From IMG/VR virus record IMGVR_UViG_3300033148_001615, positions 1 to 24,345 of that record: a stretch of DNA of 24,345 nucleotides; one strand, written 5' to 3'. The position numbers and the translations under genes were made by a program. Each line of letters starts with the position of its first letter. Positions within the stretch are counted from its first letter, which is position 1. This DNA is from a virus (Duplodnaviria; Caudoviricetes). Under the pieces are notes generated by a model. The model ran no database searches. It worked only from the letters and a program-made list of their open reading frames with translations, and was not told the DNA's origin. This document shows, piece by piece, positions 8,577-17,079 of this stretch.

Positions 8577-9731
8577 TTACACATCATTACCAATAATAGT
8601 ACTATACATATCCATAGTAGTATTATCGTCATTACGTTTAATCACTCTTACTGTTCCAGTAGAAGCAACAGGAACTTCAATCGGAGGATCGAAGATAACC
8701 TGTTCTGAAAGCTTGGAACCAGAAGTGAATACAACGGCCTTTGGGACTAACGCAGCCACAGGGCCGACACGAACTTCATACTTTCCTGCACCAGAAGCTC
8801 CAACAATTACACTCTTCAAAAGAAAAGTAGCATTTGTAACAGTATAATCATGGTTAGCAGAGCCATCTTTTGCAATAGCATCAGCTTGGTCATAATCATG
8901 GACTTCTGAAGCACTTACAGCAGTAGTGACAATCTGAACAGGAACTGGATTGGTTTGAGAAACATCCGTATCCGAGATCTGTAGATTGGCATTTGCATTT
9001 AAACTATCAGGAGTACTTTGTTCCACAGTAACAACATCTGTGTTATCCAAAGCTCTGATATCTAAGTTAACAGCATCTACCGTAATGGAATTTCCACCGT
9101 CTGCAATCGTAACATCGCTGGTAAGATCTAACTCCACCCACAATGCTCCTCTTGCATTAGAACGTAAAGAAACCCAATCACCCTCAACAGGGGTAAGTGC
9201 AGCAAGTACATCGTCACGCTCAATCATTACAGCATTACCAACAATTGCTGCTGGTGTTGCAACATCTTCTGTGTACGCAGTTCCACCTGGATTTGAGATG
9301 ATAAGCTTACCATCAGCATCCACCAGAGGGACATAAGCAGTACCAGATCCGTCTTTTGCAGTATTGGCGTAAATACGAACACTATCAGATGACTCAACAA
9401 GATCATCAATATCTAGTTGACTTGCATCAATAGTGATACTATTGCCACCGTCAGCGATGTTTACATCATTTGTGATACTGGTAAGTGTAGTAACAGTTCC
9501 AATATTCCATGCACCTGACTGTGTGGCTGCAACAGTACCATCAACGGTAATACTACTACCCCCGTCTATAACGGTTACTGTTCCACCAACTTGCAAATTT
9601 CCACTAGCATCAATTAAAGCGGTTTCTGTGCCATCTGTAATAGAGATAAAGAAAGGATTTGCGGCTGCAAGCCCTAAGTCATTAGTCCCATCATACAGAC
9701 GTACACGCTGAATAGAACGAAAATCTGCCAT
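8577..9731 (-). CDS. Fibre/decoration-like virion protein with DGGxSIT(V/I)D repeats and C-terminal beta-sandwich
   Basis: 384 aa; three repeats (IDGGSSITVD, ADGGNSITID, ADGGNSITVD); ends MYSTIIGNDV; no Cys and no signal peptide. Confidence 0.75.
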   Translation of the reverse strand: MADFRSIQRVRLYDGTNDLGLAAANPFFISITDGTETALIDASGNLQVGGTVTVIDGGSSITVDGTVAATQSGAWNIGTVTTLTSITNDVNIADGGNSITIDASQLDIDDLVESSDSVRIYANTAKDGSGTAYVPLVDADGKLIISNPGGTAYTEDVATPAAIVGNAVMIERDDVLAALTPVEGDWVSLRSNARGALWVELDLTSDVTIADGGNSITVDAVNLDIRALDNTDVVTVEQSTPDSLNANANLQISDTDVSQTNPVPVQIVTTAVSASEVHDYDQADAIAKDGSANHDYTVTNATFLLKSVIVGASGAGKYEVRVGPVAALVPKAVVFTSGSKLSEQVIFDPPIEVPVASTGTVRVIKRNDDNTTMDMYSTIIGNDV

Positions 9732-9991
9732 TATTTTTTACCTCCTTCTTCAAGTTTAATTTCAATAACGGACTCTTTTTGAATCGTAGCTTTTACTCTC
9801 ACAATTTCTTTTGCAAGAGTTGCTTTCTTTAGCTCAATCTGTTTCATCTCAACTGTCCGTAATCTGTCAAGATGAACATCTAATTGTTTTAGTTGATTAA
9901 GCTTTTCGCTAAGAATAACATTTAGATACTGTACTCTAAGTTCTTGATCTTCTCTTATTAGTTCATTTCCTGATCTGTCTATATCACCCAT
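9731..9991 (-). CDS. Small coiled-coil protein
   Basis: 86 aa with heptad pattern; TAATG overlaps on both sides; N-terminus MGDIDRSG. Confidence 0.75.
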   Translation of the reverse strand: MGDIDRSGNELIREDQELRVQYLNVILSEKLNQLKQLDVHLDRLRTVEMKQIELKKATLAKEIVRVKATIQKESVIEIKLEEGGKK

Positions 9992-10344
9992 TATTGCACC
10001 CTATGCCCTATAATAGTAGAGGAAAAGTTAGCTACATTTGAATCACAATGCTCTACTTTAATATCTATAAAATCATTTTTATTTAGCTTCCAAGAAGCAG
10101 GAAACTTAATTCTCATAGTACGGTTCTGTTCTGAGGTTTTATACTTAAGTTTCAATTCCCCATCTTTGTATACACTGTACTCTGCATCTACTTGTCCAGT
10201 GGCGATAATTTCGTCTACAAAGAAAAGACCTTTACTATCTGTGTTTGTAAATGTTTGTACAATAGTAATAGTTGTGGTAGGAACAGTTAGTTCCTCATCA
10301 AAATGTATTTCATTACTTGAAGCACTTCTTCCATCAAACCCCAT
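9991..10344 (-). CDS. Small beta-sandwich (jelly-roll-like) virion protein
   Basis: 117 aa, ends FSSTIIGHRVQ; SD AAGGAG. Confidence 0.75.
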   Translation of the reverse strand: MGFDGRSASSNEIHFDEELTVPTTTITIVQTFTNTDSKGLFFVDEIIATGQVDAEYSVYKDGELKLKYKTSEQNRTMRIKFPASWKLNKNDFIDIKVEHCDSNVANFSSTIIGHRVQ

Positions 10345-10370
10345 AACTACTCCTTTTAAAACCTAGCCAA

Positions 10371-10393
10371 GGGGACGTATATAATACGCCCCC
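10371..10393 (-). terminator. Intergenic stem-loop
   Basis: Minus strand GGGGGCGTAT-TAT-ATACGTCCCC: a 10-bp stem with one G-U pair that forms only in the minus-strand RNA. Confidence 0.6.
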
Positions 10394-10419
10394 AAGCACT
10401 AGAGTTAGTTTACTTAACT

Positions 10420-10785
10420 TTAAGACGTTGCTCCATCACAAATACAACTATCAGCAGTAGCATCATCAATAGCAACAAACAATCCACCTGTTGCTTCAAC
10501 TGCAACTAATGGTGTAGCAATCCCACAAGTCGTAACGCAGGACACATTCGCACTAGAAGCCACTACCCAAGCAGCCGTATCAGCAAGGACTTTATCCGCT
10601 ACAATTATATCAAGTTCCGCTAGTGTATCAATTTCTGTAACGTCAATCAACGTACCTGAATCACTAACAGTCGTACTCGACAAGTCAAGGATATTAGGAG
10701 CCGTTGTTGCTTCTGTATCAGCAGAGGCAAACACTGAAGTACTCAACGCAAAAACAGCGATGAGAGTAAGGATAAACTTTTTCAT
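10420..10785 (-). CDS. Small acidic protein with signal peptide, directly downstream of the capsid gene
   Basis: 121 aa; leader MKKFILTLIAVFALSTSVFA; four Cys in the C-terminal part (CVTTC...CIC); SD AGGAG. Confidence 0.8.
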   Translation of the reverse strand: MKKFILTLIAVFALSTSVFASADTEATTAPNILDLSSTTVSDSGTLIDVTEIDTLAELDIIVADKVLADTAAWVVASSANVSCVTTCGIATPLVAVEATGGLFVAIDDATADSCICDGATS

Positions 10786-10802
10786 TTATATTCTCCTGTA
10801 AT

Positions 10803-10829
10803 GGATAAGGGAGCCGAAGCTCCCCATCC
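10803..10829 (-). terminator. cUUCGg hairpin after the major capsid gene
   Basis: GGATGGGGAGC-TTCG-GCTCCCTTATCC; no real U-tract. Confidence 0.7.
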
Positions 10830-10842
10830 TATTTTTATTTTA

Positions 10843-11769
10843 TTAACCAGCGTTATACGCCCAAAGAACCTGAACTCTAGGAGCTTCAAGAACCTTAGCA
10901 ACAAAGCTGACTTTATAACCAACAGTCGCTCTCTGGTTGAGAGGATCTTCCGTACCAGCAGTCCCAAAAGGCTTACGGATAATTTCCAAACCAGCACTAG
11001 CAATATCAACCACACCGAAAGCATCACCACCTAAGAAAATGTTACCAAAGGTGTTAGTTTCCGTTTCATCTGCACGAACATTGGTAGAGAGCATAAGATC
11101 AATACCATACGCATTACCAATAGCACCTTTTTCCTGAGCAGTGTTAGATGTGTTAGCTGCAAGAATCACAAAACTATTCGTTGCAGTTTCACTCAACAGA
11201 TCAAACGCCATCAAAGGATGCAGAATACCTTTAAAGCTCCCACCAACAGAGGGAACATCGGCAACCTGAAATGCTTTCTGGATCTTACGGAGATCGGCTG
11301 ATGCAATATTCACAGTACCAGACTCAACGGCAGCTTTATTAGCCACACCGTTAGCATAATTCTGAGTACCATTCACATCAAGTTCATTCCGAGCAATACT
11401 ATCCAACGACAGAGCAGCCTGGTACGCCAAAAGATCCGTAGCATCCAAGAGAGTATCGTTAATAGCATTAAGCTGAAACCAATCTGACACTGTGACATAG
11501 TTACCATACTGCTTCACAGTTGCAGAAACCGCACCACTCGCCAAAGACTGACCATCAGGAGTTATAGCCTCTGACAACTCAGTAACATCAGCAGCGAAAT
11601 TCGTAAAGCGATTCCACTTAATCGTATTCCCACCATGAGCAGGAAGAGATTTCTTCTTTCCAAATTTAACTACATGTAGAGTTTTTACAAGACGATCAAG
11701 AAAGCGACTTTCAAGGTAGCTATCAATATGGTCACTGTAAGAACCCGACTTATTCGTATTTAAAGCCAT
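10843..11769 (-). CDS. Major capsid protein, N4-gp56-like family (HK97 fold)
   Basis: 308 aa; motifs FG.KK.LP...G.TI.W.R, L.E..TP.G..L....V.A..KQYG.....SD, DPLNQRATVGYK; SD GGAGG; follows the scaffold gene. Confidence 0.9.
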   Translation of the reverse strand: MALNTNKSGSYSDHIDSYLESRFLDRLVKTLHVVKFGKKKSLPAHGGNTIKWNRFTNFAADVTELSEAITPDGQSLASGAVSATVKQYGNYVTVSDWFQLNAINDTLLDATDLLAYQAALSLDSIARNELDVNGTQNYANGVANKAAVESGTVNIASADLRKIQKAFQVADVPSVGGSFKGILHPLMAFDLLSETATNSFVILAANTSNTAQEKGAIGNAYGIDLMLSTNVRADETETNTFGNIFLGGDAFGVVDIASAGLEIIRKPFGTAGTEDPLNQRATVGYKVSFVAKVLEAPRVQVLWAYNAG

Positions 11770-11796
11770 TGTATGTCCTCCACAAAGAATTTTTTA

Positions 11797-12858
11797 TTAA
11801 CTTCTAAACAGTCCTTTTTGTTTGAGTAGTTTCTCTTTCTCTTCAAGAGAGAGTTTATTGAACTTTTTAGACTCCATTAGATCCTCAGGTTTGGGCTTAC
11901 TAGTGTTGCCTTTTCCCATTCCCTTAGTCCGTTCAATCTCTGCATCTCGTTTAGAATTGTCCACTTCTCCAGCAGTTGTTTCTGCTTTTGTTTCCAACTC
12001 AGCGGCAAGTTTATAGTTTTGTGCAATCACCTTATCCTTAATTTTACCAAAGAAATTAGGAGCAGATGTTATTGCTGTAACTAGTTCTTCATCAGTTGGA
12101 AATTCCCTATCAAGAATTTCATTGACTTTCTCAACCAGTGGGGCTAAAGGGCTATTCTTAAACTCTTCAACATCCTTATTAAACTGGCTAATATTTGTCT
12201 GAGATTTTTCTTGTACAAGGTTCTGCTTTAAAGATTCAATGTCCTGGCCTACATACTTCTTAAATGCAGAAAAGATTTGTTCCCCAAAAGCACCAAACAT
12301 CTTTGCAGCCTCAGGGTTATCCTTCTTCATTTCTTCTACGATAGCCAGCTTCATTTCATCTGTACCAACCTGTTCTGATTTCTTACCTTTATCATCACCA
12401 GACTTAGCAAACTCTCGGAGTACATCATTTTCAGTTTCAAGTTTTTTAAGTCTCTGGGACTTACGAGTAAATTCAGCTTCCAGATTTTTATACGACTTTT
12501 CCATCTTAGCAAATCTATTCTCTAAGATAGAAAGTTTACCCTGCTTATCCGATTCTGTAGAAGATTCTGTCTCGGACTCAGGTTTGGACTGTTCCTCTTT
12601 ATTCTCGGAAGAACTATCCTGCTCATCAGTAGTTTTATCCTCTGGGGACTTCTCTTCTGAGCTAGCGATTTTAGTATCATCTTCAGAGTCCTGTACTACG
12701 TCTTGATCCACTGAAACCCGTTCATTAGTGATAACGCTATTCTCTTTAAGAAAAGCTTCTTTCTGCTCTAACGAAGCAGATTGAAAATTTTCCTTAACAC
12801 TAAGATCAGAGGCCTCTGAAGATTGACTTCCAGGTTGCTCTTTATTTTCTTCAGTCAT
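11797..12858 (-). CDS. Probable capsid scaffolding protein
   Basis: 353 aa; acidic disordered N-half, coiled coil (KSYKNLEAEFTRKSQ), position just before the capsid gene. Confidence 0.8.
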   Translation of the reverse strand: MTEENKEQPGSQSSEASDLSVKENFQSASLEQKEAFLKENSVITNERVSVDQDVVQDSEDDTKIASSEEKSPEDKTTDEQDSSSENKEEQSKPESETESSTESDKQGKLSILENRFAKMEKSYKNLEAEFTRKSQRLKKLETENDVLREFAKSGDDKGKKSEQVGTDEMKLAIVEEMKKDNPEAAKMFGAFGEQIFSAFKKYVGQDIESLKQNLVQEKSQTNISQFNKDVEEFKNSPLAPLVEKVNEILDREFPTDEELVTAITSAPNFFGKIKDKVIAQNYKLAAELETKAETTAGEVDNSKRDAEIERTKGMGKGNTSKPKPEDLMESKKFNKLSLEEKEKLLKQKGLFRS

Positions 12859-12859
12859 T

Positions 12860-13165
12860 TTATTTCTCCTTTTCGTTCTTTAAGAACTGCTGCTTATTGA
12901 AGTCTATTCTAGCAAGCAATTTCTTCAATTCAGCAATTCGTCCAGTATAGTCTATAAGTTCATAGGCTCTTTCTGGACTTGGTTTGACGTTCTTCTCCTC
13001 GATTTTTTTTCTCAAACTATCTAACGAGTTATTAATTAAATCGTAGATAACTTGAAACTCATCGGTTTTGAGTAAACGCCCCCACCTTTCTAGATCAATA
13101 ACTTTCTGATCTAGGATAACTTTTGTTTTAATATTAGATTCCTTCATTTGATCTGAAGTCCTCAT
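12860..13165 (-). CDS. Small helical hypothetical protein between portal and scaffold (start uncertain: 13180, 13165 or 13147)
   Basis: Helical ORF of about 100 aa in a slot commonly filled in P22-like head modules. Confidence 0.7.
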   Translation of the reverse strand: MRTSDQMKESNIKTKVILDQKVIDLERWGRLLKTDEFQVIYDLINNSLDSLRKKIEEKNVKPSPERAYELIDYTGRIAELKKLLARIDFNKQQFLKNEKEK

Positions 13166-15167
13166 CGTTTTGTTCCGCATCCTTAAATCCTGTGGTAACA
13201 ATTCTTATGGCAGCAAGTCTTTGTCCAACTGCCTCAATCAAATTCTTTCTAACATTAGAAGCAAGGTTACTATTTTGTACAGCATTAACAACTTCTTTGC
13301 TATATTCCTCAGATTCTGTGATTGGATCTGCTAGGATGACTCTATTTAATAGCGACTCATACGCTTTTAAATAAGCTACATGATCGTCATTAAGATTAAT
13401 TCTTACATTTTTTCCTAGCTGAAGAAGTTGAACCTCTCCTTCTGGAGACTCTTCTAAGTTAGATTCAGGTCGTTTATCAATTTCAGGGATCAAGTCTCCA
13501 AAACCCATAAGTTTAACTTGCTTAAGTACAATAGGAACAACATCAATTCCCTGATTTGTCAACGGAATTAGATTCTGTACCAAGTTATTCAATGCGTTAA
13601 TTTTAAATGCTTTCTCTCCTAGTTCTCTAATCCCAACAAAGTTAAGATCCATACCTTCCAAAGCAATCTCACTAGGAACAACCCTAATAATTTTATCTCC
13701 TACTAGGTTTACATCTCTACCTTCTGGTAAAAACTGCTGATTCAACATCCAGAATAGTCTAACTAAAGGCTTTAGAATCTCTTCTTCAAATTGTGTAACT
13801 ACTAATTCAAATCTTTCAAGACCACCTTGAGCTACTAAACTAACAGCAGTAGCGGTTCTATCTAAGCTACTACCAGTAGGTGAACCACCAAGTAACTTAG
13901 AAGCACCTGTACTGTCTTGAATATCTTGTTTAATAACTGCTCCTTGAGCTAAAGCAGTAGGACTAAAGTCAGCAGGAACTAAATCCTTAAGACCACTCAT
14001 ACTATCTGTTTCAATAATTGCAGTATGAAGATCCTGAAGTTGTGAATGATCTATATTAGCTTCTCTATCAATCAAGAACTTCTTTTTAAGAATAAAGCTT
14101 CTAAGATCCATTAACTGAGAACGAAGAGTATTAAGTTCTAACTGCAAGGGAATATTCACAGTCATAAGACTATGACCATACGCTTGACCATCAAGCTTAA
14201 TATACCTTCCTTTAAGGTAAGGTTTCTCTTGGTGATCGAATGGATTATCTTCTGGGGAACGAATAACAGTGGCAAAGTCTCCTACTACTCCTAACTCAAT
14301 AATGCCATCTTCTACAACTTCTTCACTTTCCTTGTCTACGTCACTACCAGTAATAAGCCATTTAGGAATATTGCCAATACATTTTAAGATTTCAATCTTG
14401 TGTTCATGTACACTATATTTATGGCCACCAAGTCCTTTAATATGGTCTGACTCTTGCTTAGTGGTATCTGTTTCCTCAGTTACTTTCTTATCTTTTAACT
14501 CCAGAATAGCTTCCTCGTCATAGATTCCTACATCATTTCCTTTTTCATTTCTCTTTCTTTTACCCCATAATGTATTATAATCTACTGTAGTTCTTTCAAT
14601 TACAAAGCCTTCTAAGTTAGCATCCTTAGGATCAATAAAAATATCCCATACAGAAGGAAAGTAAAAATCAGGGTTATCAAACATCGTTTCCCATACTTCT
14701 ATTCTTTTACCATTAATTCTTCTATATCTCTTCTTAACTTTCTTTTCCCAGTATGTAGAGATAAATACCGTACCATAGATACATAAGTTTCTATAAGCTC
14801 CAATAAGTTTAGACCTTACCCCCACATCTTTAAACTGTTCTGTAATAAGCTTCTTTACAATTAGAGCATCCTCAACTGCAAGGTCATCATTCTTGTCCTT
14901 AGCCACTACATCAAAGAACTCACCAGTAGGATCAAAAATAGTTTTATCCATTCTAGGAACTACAATCTCTGTAGCTTGGTTAAGAGCAGGAATCCTAACT
15001 TTAGCAACCCCTTTATAAAAATCTTCTAGGTCGTTATTATAAGCTCTCTCAGCAGATTTCCATTGTTCTTCAAGACCATTCTGCTCTCGGAGCATCTGAA
15101 AATGGTTTTTAAGTTCTTTAACTAGATTAACTGCAGCCTCATTTATTTCCTGTTTTGAAATAGCCAT
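13134..15167 (-). CDS. Portal protein (P22-like)
   Basis: About 677 aa after TerL; YGTVFI..YW, DIFIDP.A, YG.SL......Q.ELN, TG.S....G......TAT motifs; ATG at 15167 overlaps the TerL stop (TAATG). Confidence 0.88.
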   Translation of the reverse strand: MAISKQEINEAAVNLVKELKNHFQMLREQNGLEEQWKSAERAYNNDLEDFYKGVAKVRIPALNQATEIVVPRMDKTIFDPTGEFFDVVAKDKNDDLAVEDALIVKKLITEQFKDVGVRSKLIGAYRNLCIYGTVFISTYWEKKVKKRYRRINGKRIEVWETMFDNPDFYFPSVWDIFIDPKDANLEGFVIERTTVDYNTLWGKRKRNEKGNDVGIYDEEAILELKDKKVTEETDTTKQESDHIKGLGGHKYSVHEHKIEILKCIGNIPKWLITGSDVDKESEEVVEDGIIELGVVGDFATVIRSPEDNPFDHQEKPYLKGRYIKLDGQAYGHSLMTVNIPLQLELNTLRSQLMDLRSFILKKKFLIDREANIDHSQLQDLHTAIIETDSMSGLKDLVPADFSPTALAQGAVIKQDIQDSTGASKLLGGSPTGSSLDRTATAVSLVAQGGLERFELVVTQFEEEILKPLVRLFWMLNQQFLPEGRDVNLVGDKIIRVVPSEIALEGMDLNFVGIRELGEKAFKINALNNLVQNLIPLTNQGIDVVPIVLKQVKLMGFGDLIPEIDKRPESNLEESPEGEVQLLQLGKNVRINLNDDHVAYLKAYESLLNRVILADPITESEEYSKEVVNAVQNSNLASNVRKNLIEAVGQRLAAIRIVTTGFKDAEQNDEDFRSNEGI

Positions 15168-16798
15168 TAGCAAGGATACCCCATTTCGTTATCTTTAGAT
15201 TTTATATTCCCAAGTTGGTTAGGAAAAACTCTAGGAATTGGTTTTAATTGTCTAGCTTGTAGTGCAATAGCTAAGGCCATTACTCTATCATCGTGGCATC
15301 CCTTTAAGGCCTGGGCTTTACCATCTCTATCATAAATGAACGTAAGAAGCTCATCCACAGTTTCAAAATCATTAAGGATAATATGACCTTCACTTATAAA
15401 CTGTGCGAGTTCTTGTATCATTAATGGACGGGTTTTAGCATTGGTGTCCCATCCATACTTCTTCTCACCTGTTGCTCCATCAGGGTTTATGGTTTCTTGG
15501 ATCTGGTCATACTCGCTAAATAGACGCTTATATTTTTGCGATCTTATGCGGCTGACCACTCCGTAGCCATGAAAGTTTCTTTCAGGAGCTAAAATAGCTG
15601 TATTAAAGAACTTACCTAAATCTAATAATATACTCGCAAATATTTCAGGGTTTACCTTGCCCACCCATATTGCAACCTGTTCACAGGTCTTATGATCCAG
15701 TATTTGTGCTACTGAATAATCTCCTGATTCTAGACCCTGTGCTATATCAGCACCAATGACATAGTACCCATCATCCTTAGGCTTCTTCTCTTTGTAAAGT
15801 ATTAGTTTACCATTTGGATCAGATTTAAACTGACCATTAACTATATCTCCTCTTTTATATACGGCAGGGCATTTAGCTTGAATCTTCAATAGCTTTGCTA
15901 CATTAAAGGCACAGTTGTTAGTTATCTTAGCATACTTTCCTAAGATACGGGCTTGATACTGAGGAATGTCTAGCTGTAGCTTTCTTTCACTTCCTTGAAT
16001 CTCCACTGCTGAATCTTCCAAGAGAGTGTTGTCATACTTACTAATAATGAATACTTCTATATTAGGATCTGCTGTATCAGAAGGATTCTCTCTACATTGA
16101 AGCTCTCTATCTCTTAGGAGCTTTAACTCTTCTATAGTGTGTACTATCCCTATATCCTCTTTAATTCCATGTATATTCTTAGTAAAGAATACCTTCTTGG
16201 CCTTCTTAAACAATTCGTCATAGCTCCAAGTTAGTCCCTCAATAGGAGAGAAGGTAAAGAAGATCCACCCCTTAAGGGTAGTAGTACGCTCATAGATTTC
16301 ATCAAAGACTTTCTTGGTGTGTTCTTCATCCATCCATACACCCAAACGCTGCACACCCTGATACTTACTTTCACCTGACTCTTCTGACTTAAGACCTATC
16401 TGCCCTAATTCTCCTTTAAGATAGTATATCTTATCGTCCTTAGCATACCTCTCCACTAACCTAGGGGGGAGGATAGTATCTAACTTAAATCTAATAATAT
16501 CTCTAGCCCCACCAAAGTCCAAAGCTGAGCACCAATAGTTACCAGTTCGTAGGAGCTTCTCTGGGAATCTACCTTTCAAGCTATCAGGAACAATACCAGT
16601 GGAGCATATACCTATACGCATACCCCCCACTTCCGATTTACCTGATTGGTTCCCACCCACTACTACAACAATCTTAGCTGTAGAGCAAATTGCAGCTTCT
16701 TGAATTATAGAAGGTTTCCAAGTGCGGATATACTCCTTCAAGAGCTTTTCCTTTTGCTGGAGACTCTTTAGGAGTTGTCGTTTTTCATCTATATTCAT
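15167..16798 (-). CDS. terL: Terminase large subunit
   Basis: Walker A GGNQSGKS, Walker B VWMDEE, motif III TFSP, RNase H-like nuclease motifs GADIAQG..GDYS and HDDRVMALA. Confidence 0.95.
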   Translation of the reverse strand: MNIDEKRQLLKSLQQKEKLLKEYIRTWKPSIIQEAAICSTAKIVVVVGGNQSGKSEVGGMRIGICSTGIVPDSLKGRFPEKLLRTGNYWCSALDFGGARDIIRFKLDTILPPRLVERYAKDDKIYYLKGELGQIGLKSEESGESKYQGVQRLGVWMDEEHTKKVFDEIYERTTTLKGWIFFTFSPIEGLTWSYDELFKKAKKVFFTKNIHGIKEDIGIVHTIEELKLLRDRELQCRENPSDTADPNIEVFIISKYDNTLLEDSAVEIQGSERKLQLDIPQYQARILGKYAKITNNCAFNVAKLLKIQAKCPAVYKRGDIVNGQFKSDPNGKLILYKEKKPKDDGYYVIGADIAQGLESGDYSVAQILDHKTCEQVAIWVGKVNPEIFASILLDLGKFFNTAILAPERNFHGYGVVSRIRSQKYKRLFSEYDQIQETINPDGATGEKKYGWDTNAKTRPLMIQELAQFISEGHIILNDFETVDELLTFIYDRDGKAQALKGCHDDRVMALAIALQARQLKPIPRVFPNQLGNIKSKDNEMGYPC

Positions 16799-17079
16799 TG
16801 ATGGCTATCTCTGTCCTTAGGGTATATAGTGAATATCCTTGACCCTTCTCTATGTCTATCAATAAAATCCTGAAGGGATTTTTCGTCCATCAGCCAAAAC
16901 TTACCACACAATTTACAATGCCCAGTATATATAGGTTCCCTACCCCATGTCTTAGTTAGAGTACCGAACTCCACTATACCATGCCTTCCGTTGACTTCCA
17001 AACAGATTCTTTCGGAAAATGGAATAAAGTCCTTAGTTAAGTCTATTAAATTTTTTAAGTCTTTCTGGGTTGATGCCAT
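16795..17079 (-). CDS. Small putative Zn-ribbon protein between terS and terL
   Basis: 94 aa with C-x6-H and CKLC; its TGA overlaps the terL ATG. Confidence 0.65.
   Translation of the reverse strand: MASTQKDLKNLIDLTKDFIPFSERICLEVNGRHGIVEFGTLTKTWGREPIYTGHCKLCGKFWLMDEKSLQDFIDRHREGSRIFTIYPKDRDSHQ

Noticed and set aside
4874-9731. Diversity-generating retroelement targeting fibre or lectin genes
   Set aside because: No reverse transcriptase and no template/variable repeat pair differing at adenines was seen in the window.
10782-11030. Alternate-frame ORF over the capsid 3' end, a possible T7 10B-like frameshift extension
   Set aside because: No clear slippery site; it would add only about 20 aa, runs through the hairpin and stops at the next gene's ATGA. 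Most likely a shadow frame.
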